Assembly: GCF_006345805.1 (NCBI RefSeq)
Contig: NW_021836289.1
Coordinates: 151,793 to 215,792, forward strand
Length of the DNA stretch: 64,000 nt
DNA from: Octopus sinensis
Taxonomy: Eukaryota
Direction: 5' to 3'
Under the pieces are notes generated by a model. The model was not told where the DNA came from. It ran no database searches and saw only the letters and a list, made by a program, of their open reading frames with translations. Made by a program: the position numbers and the translations under genes. This document shows positions 49,141 to 60,949 of the stretch, piece after piece; the first letter of the stretch is position 1; each line of letters begins with the position of its first letter.

Positions 49141-52100
49141 TTACTATAAATTAAAAATATGATGTAACCCAATTTTCATCGTCCTCCAGATGCGAGCAGT
49201 GTCATCTATTGTGTTGACACACATATTGTCGAAAATCTACATATACCTCTTTTAATTACTAAATTTAGGTTATTGTCTTCGCTTTTATATGTCTCTCGGT
49301 TGTAAGATTTATATTTATTTTCTCTTTTAATTGGCGGAGCATGACTCACTATAATGAAAAATTAAAAATATGAACATGATATCATTCCAGGCGGCGCTAG
49401 ATCAAGATATTTGTAATCCCTTTTCAAACAACTTATCCATTCACTGGCAGAAACGGTCGGTTCCCATAGCACAGGAGTAGGCTTGAAGATGTCATCTTGA
49501 AAATATTCGGGCTGAAAATCTTTATTAAAACTGATAACCCGATAACGAGTTATTTTGAATGAAATTTTCTCAATAGAAGAACTAACAAGCAAATAACCGA
49601 CAGCTATTTCAATTTTCTTTACATCACAATGACATTTGTGAAGAAATCCTAATTGTCGGTATTCTCTAGGAACAGAATCTCCCTTAAGCCTTTCAAGAAA
49701 AACGTGATTCTCATTTTGATAATCTAGATAGGCAAAGTTTATTAGAACTTCTCCCTAAAATAAAATTCAGTTCTAAATTGGTATTACCCTAGCAGAAAGT
49801 ATTATAATGTTTGTGTCAGCATCAATAAACAAACATACTGGAGAAGCTCCATCTCCAAGTTCAATCCTATCAAGTTCTTTCAGATCGTCATTCGCAGCTA
49901 CAACAAGGAGATTTCTTTGCCGATTTCTATATAAATTATCCACAACTAAATTTATGACTGATTTGAATATGATGTAATTAAAATGAACTCGTCATTTCTA
50001 CTCCAAGCACATCTTGCCCATTTTTTAGCATTTTTTATTTTTGATTTTGCACTCTATAAATAGACTTGCGATCTAACTCACCAAATGCAACGCTCCTTTA
50101 TTCCAGGTATACAAATCAAGTTGTCCGTCCTCTTCGAAGCAACATAGACGATATCCACAGAAGCTCCAAGCAATGGCCAGACACTATTTTTTACTCATTA
50201 TAAATACAACTTGATAATCCAATTTTGTTTTACAAATAAGTACAAAATCAAGCGTATTCCAAATCGCCACATTACCTGAAGCATCGGCAGAAGCCAATAT
50301 GTTTGCAGCATATTGATTATATAGTAAGATATTTATTCTAGAGTCATGTCCATTATTAAGGAATCCAAGAAATTTGTTAGTAGCCGTATTTGGATAAATT
50401 ATGTATATCGCGATTGTCGAGTTTAGAAATCCTGTTATTCTTAGTATTTCATAAATGAACCAATTGCGAGCTGATCTGTGTTATGGGGATCGACAGCCAT
50501 TTCAGAAACAGGAGAAGTATTTTCTATTTTATTTATGATAGAATGCTCATCCGCTCTACCGAACTTGTTCATCTGTAAACAATACAAAATAATAAAAATA
50601 CTGGTAAAATTCTGACATAGTTACGGAAAGCTGTTGTACCAACTGTTAATGCAAAGAATTGAGAATTTTGACCGTTCATCGAAGACGAGATAACAAATGA
50701 GGTTGAATGTGGACCTAAGTTAATTCCAACATCATGAATGTTTGTGATGCGCGTATATGCTGGATATAAATTAACGTCTATTATTTTTGACTTGAAAGTA
50801 GCTAATTATATCATTAGTCAAGATATCTTATACTTTTTTTATTGAAAATTTCTGAAGTTTCTGTTATATCCTGAATTTGAGTGTTTTGTTGATCATCATT
50901 GAAACTTTCCGCATCTGTGATCTGATTTTGTATTGTTTTTGGCTTCATAGATACTTTTGGTCGCTGCAATCAGTATTCAACACACATACAACCTCTTTTA
51001 ATCCGGAGCATGAAAGCCATTCGTTTAGCGACTGAATTCCCTCCGTGGCAAAAGTATCTGGGAAAAGTTCATGTTTGAATTCTCCCTTTATCTATTAAAG
51101 GGTTAAATTGTTAAATATAACTTTTTGTAACAATTTATATGATAATGGAATAATTGAATTGCTTGTCAAAACATGAAGACGATTCAACTCACAATCAAAA
51201 ACATTTAATCCTTGCTTTCCAATTATGCTAGCATCCTTTATTTGAGATGACAAAGAGAGATTTGATACTTAAAAATAATAATAATTAATACTTTGAGTTA
51301 CACACGGATTTGTTTTCTCCAAATGAGAAAATATTATTGAATTTTCACCCTAATAGTCATTAAACATTAAAACGTATTAATACTCTGCAATAACTAAATA
51401 GCATTTCAGTATCAGAATCGTATAGCAATTTATAGCAACTAAAAAGTAAAACAAATCAAAATTTGACTTTGAGCCACCACTCATATTTAATGATGAAATC
51501 GATTTACTGGTGTTACGTACGTCAAATATTGTAAATTGTCGACTCTGACTGGTCTGAAGATTTCAATTAACAATATTAAATACTTTACTAATTCCTGACG
51601 TAAAAATATAATTTTCTGAAAACCACAAAGCAGAATTAGAGCCATTACGATAGAATAGATCAAATACCTAAAGCCAATTATAATTCAATCGAATAAAATT
51701 AACGATTAAATGTAATAAATTAATATACTGACTGTATTTGAAGATGATCTGGGATCAAGAATGACTCCTTTCCCATTTTTAGTTGTTAAAACAATTTTAT
51801 TGCAGCCAAAATCAGAATTCCATCCTCCTCCACAATACTGTATTTCATTATTAGGTAGTTCTTGAATTTATATTTTATTATTACAAAACTGATTTCTTTT
51901 TCTGAAGCAAAGTCGTAAAGAAAGGACCCAGTGATGGAAGACGCAAATATAAGTCCGTCAACATAGGTATTGGGTCTAATAAAGTCTGCTGAACTACAAA
52001 AGGTTGAAATTGCAATATGAGGATTTTGTAAATTGAAAAGAGAAATTTCTGAAGTAGAACACGTGATTATTTGGTCAGAATTGCACGGATTAAAGTCAAA

Positions 52101-52413
52101 ATCGGTAACGAGACCTGATTGAGAAAATTGAAATGACTGCTCTAAATCAAATCTTTGATTGTTTGCTGGAATCGCACATATTGATCTCCCTAAGATAAAA
52201 TAAATTTATTAAAAGCAATTCTAACCATTTTTTGCCGAGAAGAACGCAATTATTTTGTCGTTTGATTTTATAAATGAACCGGGGAAAGCATTGCTTATAT
52301 CCATGCACGGATTAATAGAGTTAATCATTTCCTTTTAATAACCATTTCTATCTAACCGAATTTTGAGGAATTTGAGCAACTGCATTTCGAAATTTCCAAA
52401 CCTTTATCTTCAT
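49141..52413 (-). CDS. CORO7: Coronin-7 (POD-1) tandem coronin
   Basis: N-terminus MKIKVWKFRNAVAQ..SFIKSN..IIAF (cf. MNRFRVSKFRH..HIKSS..LIAF); C-terminal KISFKITR..PEYFQDDIF.PTPVLWEPTVSASEW and acidic EDDENW end; many micro-introns; at least one apparent indel; not every exon was spliced. Confidence 0.88.
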
Positions 52414-53147
52414 TAATTAGCTCAAGTTAATAAATATGTAAATATATTTAAATGTAATATTTTTAAAGAATGAATATTAAAATATTTATTTAAGTTAATT
52501 TAATTATTTAATCTAAAATAGTTAAAATTGAAAAATAGCCAGAAAATATTTATTCATTTTGAATGAACAAAAAATATGCATTTATTCTGATTTTTAATTT
52601 CCTGTTTCTGATATTTCTCCCAAAATATCCAGTTTTAAGAATTTATTTTTGGCCTTAACGAGCCCATAAAATAAACTAAAACTTAATTATCTAAAATTGT
52701 TTTTTTATTTTAGTATGACTTTTATTTTTTTGTTCTCTCTCTTCTCTTAAAAAATTGTTTGGCTGGCATAAGCGAAACCTTAGGCACTTCGTACTTATGG
52801 CAACGCGGAAATGCTATTTACATAACCCTTATATTTTTGGTCTCTAAAATATTTGAAGGTTTGAAAAACCATAGTATATTGTTGTATGGATGTTTATTTT
52901 CGGAAAGCAAAAATCATTTCCGGATATGTATTAACACAACACCATGATTTTTACGAAATTGTGGATTTTGAAATTTTTGGTTAAATTTTGCAATCATTGC
53001 CAGCTTTGATTTCTTTGAAAGCTGTCTGTGTGTCTATTCCTTTCTTCAATTATAGGAATAAAGGTCGTTTTCTTTGTACGGTGTCAAAAATTTATTATTT
53101 TTATTTATTTATTAACTCCAAGATCACCGAGAAAGATAGGTCAGAAA

Positions 53148-53915
53148 ACTAACTAATAGGTGATCCCTGCCTCCAACCACAGCCGTACTTTCCTTACATG
53201 ATCTTCTGATGACCCGACCGGAATCCGGAAAAGCCTTTCTCTTCTTCTGCAGAGGAACTCAATTGGAGTGCATTTCTTTATAACCGACCGAAATTCCTCT
53301 GCATGTGCCACCTTTTCCTTGAGTGGGTTTCCCAGTTCTTGCAGAAACGTAGGAAACCCTGTCCATTCTTCTGCGTCGCTCCTCGGAAGCAAGACTGCCA
53401 ACTGAGGTGTCAGTGTGGAGCATAATCTTCCTTCTGAGTGAGTTCAAACGTTCCGCTTTCGAACAAGCAATAGCAAACCTCCAGGCTGAGCAGGCAACTC
53501 AACCGTCGGGGCAATCACTTGTTGGTAGACTTTGCTGACACAATCTTTCAGGGGGAAGGGACTCTTCTTTAACAGAGCTTTCAAGACGTTCCACTTCCGC
53601 AGACCTTTAGCTAGGCCTCCTCTACGTGACTGAGAACGTCATTAAGGAGTCGAAAACCACGCCAAGATCTTCTGGGTACGCGAAGAGGGAATAGGTTTGT
53701 CTCCAATGAATAGTTCCAGCCCATTCTTGAATCTTCTGTCAGTAGTAAAGAGGGTGAATTGGGATTTGGATGCAGACACACACAACATGTTGCAGATAGC
53801 CAATCACATACACGGTGAGGTGTGACTGGACCATTGCGACAGCCACAGAAGGAGATTTTCTCTTGCAGCGATAATCAGGTCGTCGCATAGGATAAGAACA
53901 TTATGTCTGGGTAAA
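53148..53915 (-). mobile_element. 5'-truncated APE-type LINE (RT C-terminal half), (TTAG)n tail
   Basis: FLSY(A)DDLIIAAR, KSQFTLFT, KILG..FD, KWNVLKAL; ORF end followed by TTAGTTAGTT. Confidence 0.7.
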
Positions 53916-53989
53916 ATCGTATGAAACAAATTCCAATGTAATTTTAAACTTTTATAAAAATGATTTATAAATTCTACGTTAAACAAACT

Positions 53990-56047
53990 TTTTTTTTTTT
54001 TTTGATGAAAAAGGTTAAAATGCGCAGCGAATCGACTGGCAATTCCGCGCATGATGGCCAATGAGATCCTTTGAAAGATTCTGTTTTGTTAGTTCCGCCT
54101 GCTTTGCAACTGAGCCCGGTTCCGCAGCGGAGGCAATTAGATTCTTGGCGGAGAAAGTGTCGGAGCAGGTGGCGTCCAGATAAGGCATTTCCCCTTTTCA
54201 AACGGGAAGATTGTCATGCCATCCGGGCGCTTACCGTCGCCTCTGTCGAGCCCGACTGGTTCGAGCTCATTAGGGAACCCGCCGTCGTTAGGGCACGGCT
54301 CACGGTGTCGTTGATTGGGCGGTCGTGGGAAACGTCCGGCACTACGTGAGCAGGAGAGGGGATGATGGCCAAATGGGTCCACTCTTAAACCGCAGCGGCA
54401 CTGGTGTGTTTTGCAAATGGGAAGTCCGAGGCGGAGAGAGACGGAAATCCTTACACAGTCGTTGTCCATTAAGGTGCCGATTGACGCCATAGGGATTGCT
54501 GTAAGCCATGCACCGGAATATGGTTGCGAGGCGGCCAAATAAGCACGCCAAGCGATGTTGATTGAGTTTCGGCTTGAGGCTGTTATATTGTGGTCGCAGA
54601 GGATCCGGTCCCATTGGCCTTGAGCGTGTGTATTCTCCGGATTTCCAGAGACATCCCTTGCCAGCAACTTTCTGCGGCGACCGACTCTGTGTCCATAGAT
54701 GATTCGGTTACGGATTGGAGAATCTCCTGGACCAGATCGTTGGTCGCATTAACTGAAGATAAGTACGCCGGGATAGAAAGGTCGACAGATGATCGGATAC
54801 CAATACCGCCATGGCTTATAGGAAGTGTGGCCTGTTGCCAACCGATCTCATCGAGGGTAATATTGCAAATGGACTCCAAGCTGGATTTAAGCAAAAAATC
54901 AAATGATTCGAGAGCCCTCAGGTTAAAGAAACATGGGGCACTTCTGAGGATAAATAGAAGCTTTGGAATTGCAAAACAATTGCGTAGGAAAAACAGGCCG
55001 GAATGGGAATCGATTTTGGCTAGTTTGTTAGAAATTGCCACCAGCGAGGATGTTTTAGCATATAGGGATGATTCAACACCCAGATTAGATATAGGGGACC
55101 CTAAGATTTTCAAATTTTCGATCAAGGTCCTGCGGATATTTGGAAGGACATTCGAGAAACGTATTAAATACAGAGGTAAAATCTTCTGGGGCAAAGCCAA
55201 TATTGGCAATTTCGGATTTGAGCGGATTGATGGATAGGCCAAGAGAATTAAGGGAGGGGATCAGATTTTCCAAACTTTAAGGACAGAAGCTACCGGACCT
55301 CCGATAGTAGCGTCGTCCAGGTACCATACATTGAAACGAGATGAGATGTTCCGAACAACAGGATCGATCGTCAAGGCAAAAAGCAACGGGCCAAGTGGGT
55401 CGCCCTGTTGAACACCGTTGCTGGAATGTAGGATTTGGTCATCGGCAATAAGAAGGCTTGGCTTGGAGTAAGCCATAGATACCAAGCGGGCAATTGAGGG
55501 AGCACGGCGGTAGCAAGTTTCGAGAATACAGTCCCGACGAAGAATGTTGAGGCATTTGTCAAGTCTAGCTTCACGAGTACAGAGGCGTTATCCGGCCTTT
55601 CGGTCGAGGCGGAAATAAACTTTCTTGCAGCATGGACAGCAGCTTCACAGCCGCCGCGGACACCGACGCCCAACTGAAACGGGCGTAGTTCCTGACCCAA
55701 AGACTTGGTAACTTGTCTACAGGCTACTTTGGAAGCTAGACGGCGAAAAAATGTACCAACAGCAATAGGGCGGATCCCGCCTTCCTTCTTCCTCAATGCG
55801 GTGATGTTTGCAGAAAATAGGAGAGGTCCCGAGCGTAATCGGGGATTTGTGCCTGGATGATCATGTTTGTCAGAGCAGTTATGGAGACGAGGAGCCGAGC
55901 GCGCGGCCTCGCAGGTGTGGCTTGAGAGTAGATCTTTCACATGCCCTGGGCGTAGTAGTCCGTCGATGCACCCGCAGCTGCCGGTTGAGAGGGATTAATA
56001 GCATCTAGAACATCTTCTTTGGGGGCATAGGTTGCGGGGTAATCGGA
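53990..56047 (-). mobile_element. Young 5'-truncated CRE-like retrotransposon with poly(A) and 12-bp TSD
   Basis: TSD GTTAAACAAACT at 53978-89 and 56048-59; A15 tail; GGIRPIAVG, QLGVGVRGGCEAAVHA, GVQQGDPLGPLLF, WYLDD, ILGSPI, GGIGIRS, CRCG..HPLSC, GDGKRPDG; broken by single-base indels. Confidence 0.93.
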
Positions 56048-56379
56048 GTTAAACAAACTGTTATAGATTTTCTAAATCAGCGGTTTTCACATTTTTCAAT
56101 GGTCAGGGCCAAATCGTTTGATCTATCAGGTAATGTGAAGAAATTTATCAAACTTCAAAAAGATTCTTTAGTAGCCTGGACAACCGTAAATTGACTTATC
56201 GTCGTCATAACGTGGCTAAGATATGAGAATAACTCTCCTCGATTTGAAAGGTTATTCTCATATTTGCAAAATAGGAATTTTTCTATCGTCAAAGCGAGCA
56301 ATATAATTACTTTAAAATTAAAGCAAAGACCTTTGATCATTTAGCCACAGAGTACGGGATTGTGCTTTACTATAATAAC

Positions 56380-56900
56380 ACATAGAGGCATTACGAAGTG
56401 CTGAGGTGCATCTTTTGCTCTGCAATAATTATAGGGAAATAATCTAAAAAGTTGTAACCAATCGAGTTCAATCTTTGTGTGAGAATTCGAAGATGTGCAT
56501 TAACGTAGATACTCTAGTATGCACCTCGATTGTTGTCAGCACAATAAACCCAATATTGTGGTTCACGATAAAGTAGCCGGAAAGTTTGTTATCGTGAAGG
56601 TGAGCATCACGTACCTAGATTATTTGCAGACAATATAGTAAAGGAAAGGGGAAATATGATTTAGTGCAAACGAGCCAGAGCTAATGCACCAGTCTAAAGT
56701 CCATGTTGTTCTGAATAGCACATGGTGTAAATAAAATAGTTAGGGTGTAGCTAAATCTGTACATGCTTATATGCAGCCAACTGTTCTTAAGAGGATCCGA
56801 GAATCTTTTCTTGACATTTTGTCAGCGAGAGGCCGGGACTATATTTCCTCAGAAATCTAAAGAGCCAGAAAAGTGAGAGAGAAGGGGAAGAAGTGTTGAG
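56380..56900 (+). mobile_element. RLE-type LINE 3' fragment (third subfamily)
   Basis: KPNIVVHDKVAGKFVIVKVSITYLDYLQ endonuclease motif; homologous to 58920-59100. Confidence 0.55.
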
Positions 56901-57257
56901 TTAAGCCTCTTGTTTACTTCGAAGACTTAGGACTTAGTTATTATCAAAAAAACGTAAATTTAAGAAAAAAGAGCACGGTCAAAAAACACTTCCGGTGCAC
57001 GCAGGATGGAGTGTGCCGCAAACGACAGCTATTCCGATTTGTTGGAACAACTGTGACACTTTCCGAAGACTTGCAACGACAAAAACAATAAACGCAACAC
57101 AAAATCAGAGGGCCGTAGGTAACTGAAATTTCCGGCCCCAGCCGCACAAAAAGAATCTTTTATTATAGAACAAGAGCAGATACTAAACCACTCAGCTCCC
57201 GAGGACTTATTAGGCAAATAATTATCTTTTTATTAATAAGTTAATTTTTTTAATTTT

Positions 57258-58879
57258 TCAAGGGTTTATAGCTCTGAAAATTTGATCATCCTCGGGTTTT
57301 TGAATTGCCCATTTTTGAATTTTGCTTCTGCATAACAAAGAAAAACAATCAATCCGACAAGATGTACTCCCAACATTAATAAAAAACATTTTGCCATTGC
57401 CGTGGATCATGCTATAACAATTTTGTAAAAAATGTCACATTATCTGAAACGAATTGATATTGATGTCTGAATTGCAATAAGACCCGAAATTGCTCCCAAA
57501 GTATTGATGATTCCAGAAATGATGCCGTAATATTGAGGAGCAATATCTCCAATATTACCATCGATACTGAAACAAAAGTCCCTGAGAAAAAAAAACAGGA
57601 AAGGACAATCAGAAAGACTCCGTAATAGTATTTATTAGGATGAATAAGTGTTGCAAATAACAATATATGCAAATAACAATAATAGGCTCACTGGTAACAG
57701 GGCTGTTCAATTGTATAAAAAAATGCATCAACCAAAAAAAAGCAGCAGTTTTTCTTATTCTTAATTTAGAAATCGAATATTTTTTTTGAAAAAAAAAGTC
57801 GCACATCATACAAGAAACGGTTTCCTCCAATCCATGTTACCAAAGGAATCGTAAAAGTAATGTACGTTTGCTTTAATACAACAAAAATAATTACATTCTT
57901 GACACTGACATAATACAAATCCTTAATCATTGAAGGGGCAAGGTCACAACAAGAAAGATAGCTCCAAGCAATCGAAAAATGACAAATTATAAGTGCAATC
58001 AAAGGAACAGATTTACCATTTTCATTATGGTATTTTCTAGTTGTTTATGAATGAGTTAAAAAACTTTGATGTTTGTGACCTGCTTTCTTCGACATTGATG
58101 CCAAAAAGGATTTTTCATCACTCTTGCTCCATCTGTGGTTTTTAGGGTCATCGCTAACAAATATTCCCATAAATGATCCAGATAATTCCAATAATTCCTA
58201 AAATAAGTATTTTGTTAACTCGCCTAAATATAAAAAGATATTCTCCACAATGCTACGTTTTTTGCAAGTCCAGAGAAGAAACAAAGAAGAATAGTACCAA
58301 AATACGTCCCTAAATAATTGAAAATCTATAACTGACCAGGAAACATTAGTCCTATAGCAGAAACTCTGTATTCTGGGAGAAACCATAGCGGCAATTACCA
58401 GAAAAGAAGGAAAAAAACTCCCTGAAATACTGTCATATATTAACCTGTGCGGCTCCTGTTTAATATTCTGATGACTACAAGAACATATGGTGATGCATCA
58501 AAGGCGGCTGGAGTTGCGAATGTCGCGGCAGAGGATACAAATATTGAACAAGCAGAGTGACTTTTGAACCGTATTTTTCTGCTGAGACACCTCCAATGAT
58601 TTGTGTCAAACAATATCCGGCATAAAATGACATCAAGACTACACCTTTTGCATCTTAGTCCATTCATATATCAAATTTACCATGAATTTATTCAACGTTT
58701 TTGGGGTGAATTTATTGACACCATTTGTGCGATCACAACGTTGATGTTTTGCCGTTGCATCATTACGTCACTGCAAGGCACCAGAATGGCCAAGTCCCAT
58801 AATTATTCTTCCCCGGATGGATATCTTTTCTATATGATATCATTCACTTAATCATACTTTTTGACAACGATGATTCCAT
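57258..58879 (-). CDS. SLC17-family (sialin/VGLUT-like) MFS anion transporter; several 1-nt indels
   Basis: QRQNINVVIAQMV, YEWTKMQKGVVLMSFYAGYCLTQIIGGVSAEKYGSK, NIGDIAPQYYGIISGIINTLGAISG, RQWQNVF; micro-introns; several of the frameshifts fall in A/T homopolymers. Confidence 0.82.
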
Positions 58880-58919
58880 TTGATTATTTTATGATTTCTT
58901 CATTTTTAAATGCTTAATT

Positions 58920-59100
58920 GTGGTTTATTTGTGTAGTGTGGTTTAAAAAATGTGCATTAAGGCGGATACCCCAATATCTACTTTTATTGTTGTCTAGCAC
59001 AAGAAACCCGAGTAATCTACGATAAGATCACCGGGGAGATTGTTATCTTGGAAGTGAGCATCACATGCCCAGATTGTACAATCACAGGGTAAATAAATTT
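58920..59100 (+). mobile_element. RLE-type LINE fragment
   Basis: IYDKITGEIVILEVSITCPD; paralog of 56480-56640. Confidence 0.5.
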
Positions 59101-59614
59101 CTTTTTGATAGATAATAGATTAGTTTCTGATATTAAAGTACACTAGAGTGGAAAAAACAAAAGCTTCGTGGAATTGGGACGTCTAGTGACAATTTTGGTT
59201 ACTTTTCTTGGGAAGAATTATTAACTCATTTTCGGCTTAGCATAATTGCCTCTCAAAGCAATGAGCTTAGAGAATCATTTTTTAATTTACAAATTTCGCA
59301 GAATTTCTCAAATCTTAATATACTCGACCCTTGAAATTGAATATGAGGCATCTTTAACATTCATGTTGTGGTGTGATTATTGTGTACGTTGTGGTATTGT
59401 GGTTTAATCTTTGTATTTCTTTTTCTCAACTATCCTTTTCTATCCATTATTCGTACCGATCCCATTCCCCCAAATGGCTTCCTCTCATCCTGCGCCCATT
59501 GCCGTTCCTCTGTGCAAATTCTGCAGCGTGGTTAACAAAAGAATGAGGGGGTGATCTTGTTTTCTGTTTTTTTATCTCTCTTGTGTCTCACTGGCTGCAC
59601 TACAGAACCTATTC

Positions 59615-60640
59615 GGTAATCTCCAAGTTTCGACCAAGTATAAATCTCGACGTATAAGCAATAGATTTTAATTATTTTTTCATTTTTTATTAATTTAAAT
59701 TAATTTTAATGGGATTGTTTATAGGATTGTCTGGATTTTCATATTTTTAAAGAATAAAAATTAAGCCAAAAAATCGTATTTGTAAACTACACGACAATAT
59801 ACCCCATTTTTATTTAAAGTTCTCAGAATTGTCATAGGGGAAACATCAATATTGAAAGTTTCTTCAGTTTTGTTGGACAAATCCACTGCCAAAAATGTAG
59901 GATGTGATTCGGTTTCATTACATAAAAATTTATTTGGGGGGAACTTAGTTCGGAAGACGTCCTGAGCCGGGTCGCCGATGCAAGTGTTCCAAATTCTCGA
60001 AATTTCGAATATTAAATGAAATGTGTGGAATACGGCAAATTAAGTATTTTTGAGATTTCTCTGATGATTTACCCTCCTTAAAGTACCAATAATCATCCCT
60101 TTTTTAAATCAGTTAAACTGTGTTCTTGGAAGGGCAAAAACGTGGCAATGCAATAAAAAGAAAAGTGAGCAATGTTTTTGTCACGAGATTTAAATTTTTT
60201 ATGCTTTTAAATTCCTTATATTGAAATAAAATCGCCATTAATAAATAAATAATAAGAATTAGAATAAAAAATGATGCGTAAGATTAAATTTTTATAATTT
60301 GTCAATAAAAGCATGAAAAAATGGCTGAGCAATTTTTTTTTGACGAGCACTGTATTAGGAGCAGAAATTGCAGCCGCATCAACAATAGACAATCCATTTA
60401 AATTAGTCAATGTTGGCATTGCCTTCTACGTTTTTGAGGTATTTTTTTATTATATGAGAAGTTTGGCGAGAAACAACGGTTGAAAAGGGTTGGTGGTTGG
60501 TTTATTTGTTAGTTTATTGGCGATGTGTGTTTTCTTTAATTTATTAATATTAATTATTATTTCTAACAAGGAATTATTTTAATAAATTTTAAATAATTTT
60601 TTCTCTTGTGGTTTTACTTGGTCGAAACTTGGAGATTATC
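59615..60640. mobile_element. Merlin-type non-autonomous TIR element (GG-start TIR, 8-bp TSD)
   Basis: 26-bp TIR GGTAATCTCCAAGTTTCGACCAAGTA (25/26 match); TSD ACCTATTC at 59607-14 and 60641-48. Confidence 0.8.
59780..60352 (-). mobile_element. Tc1-like transposon 5' half nested in the Merlin-type element
   Basis: TA|CAGTGCTCGTCAAAA terminus at 60352; paired-HTH-like KGMII..SREISKILNLPYST...RRPGSGR..VSPMTILRTLNKNG. Confidence 0.75.
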
Positions 60641-60759
60641 ACCTATTCTATCGTGGTGTGTCCCTCATTTCGCCACTACGAGCCTCCTGGCGTTTACCAT
60701 TTCCCAGATTCCTTCCGTTCTCTATAGCCTTTTCTAGGACCCATTTCTATCTCTTTCGT

Positions 60760-60900
60760 TCTCAAATCACTAAAGTCTTGGAAAATTGGTTTGTCATTTC
60801 AACTGGCTGTTCGCCGTAATGAATTTTTCTTGTGACGTATAAATGCTATGCTCCACTACCATGCTTTCTAGTGTTTATCACAAGTACACTGAATGTATGT
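60760..60900 (-). mobile_element. R4/NeSL-like 3' fragment
   Basis: Nucleotide homology to 42430-42545 (CAACTGGCTG..CCGTAATGAA..CACTACCATGCTTTC.AGTG). Confidence 0.6.
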
Positions 60901-60949
60901 TTGCGTCGGACTTTCAACAGATAATTTTTCATATAGGCTTTGGTATCAC

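Noticed and set aside
56944-57217. SET/post-SET-like fragment (GPEISVTYGP...CFCRC)
   Set aside because: Too short, with no upstream SET motifs (NHSC); similarity could be chance.
57412-58851. TMEM201/Ima1 or zinc-finger protein suggested by CKRC-containing ORFs
   Set aside because: Those ORFs are off-frame; the correct frame gives clear SLC17 motifs.
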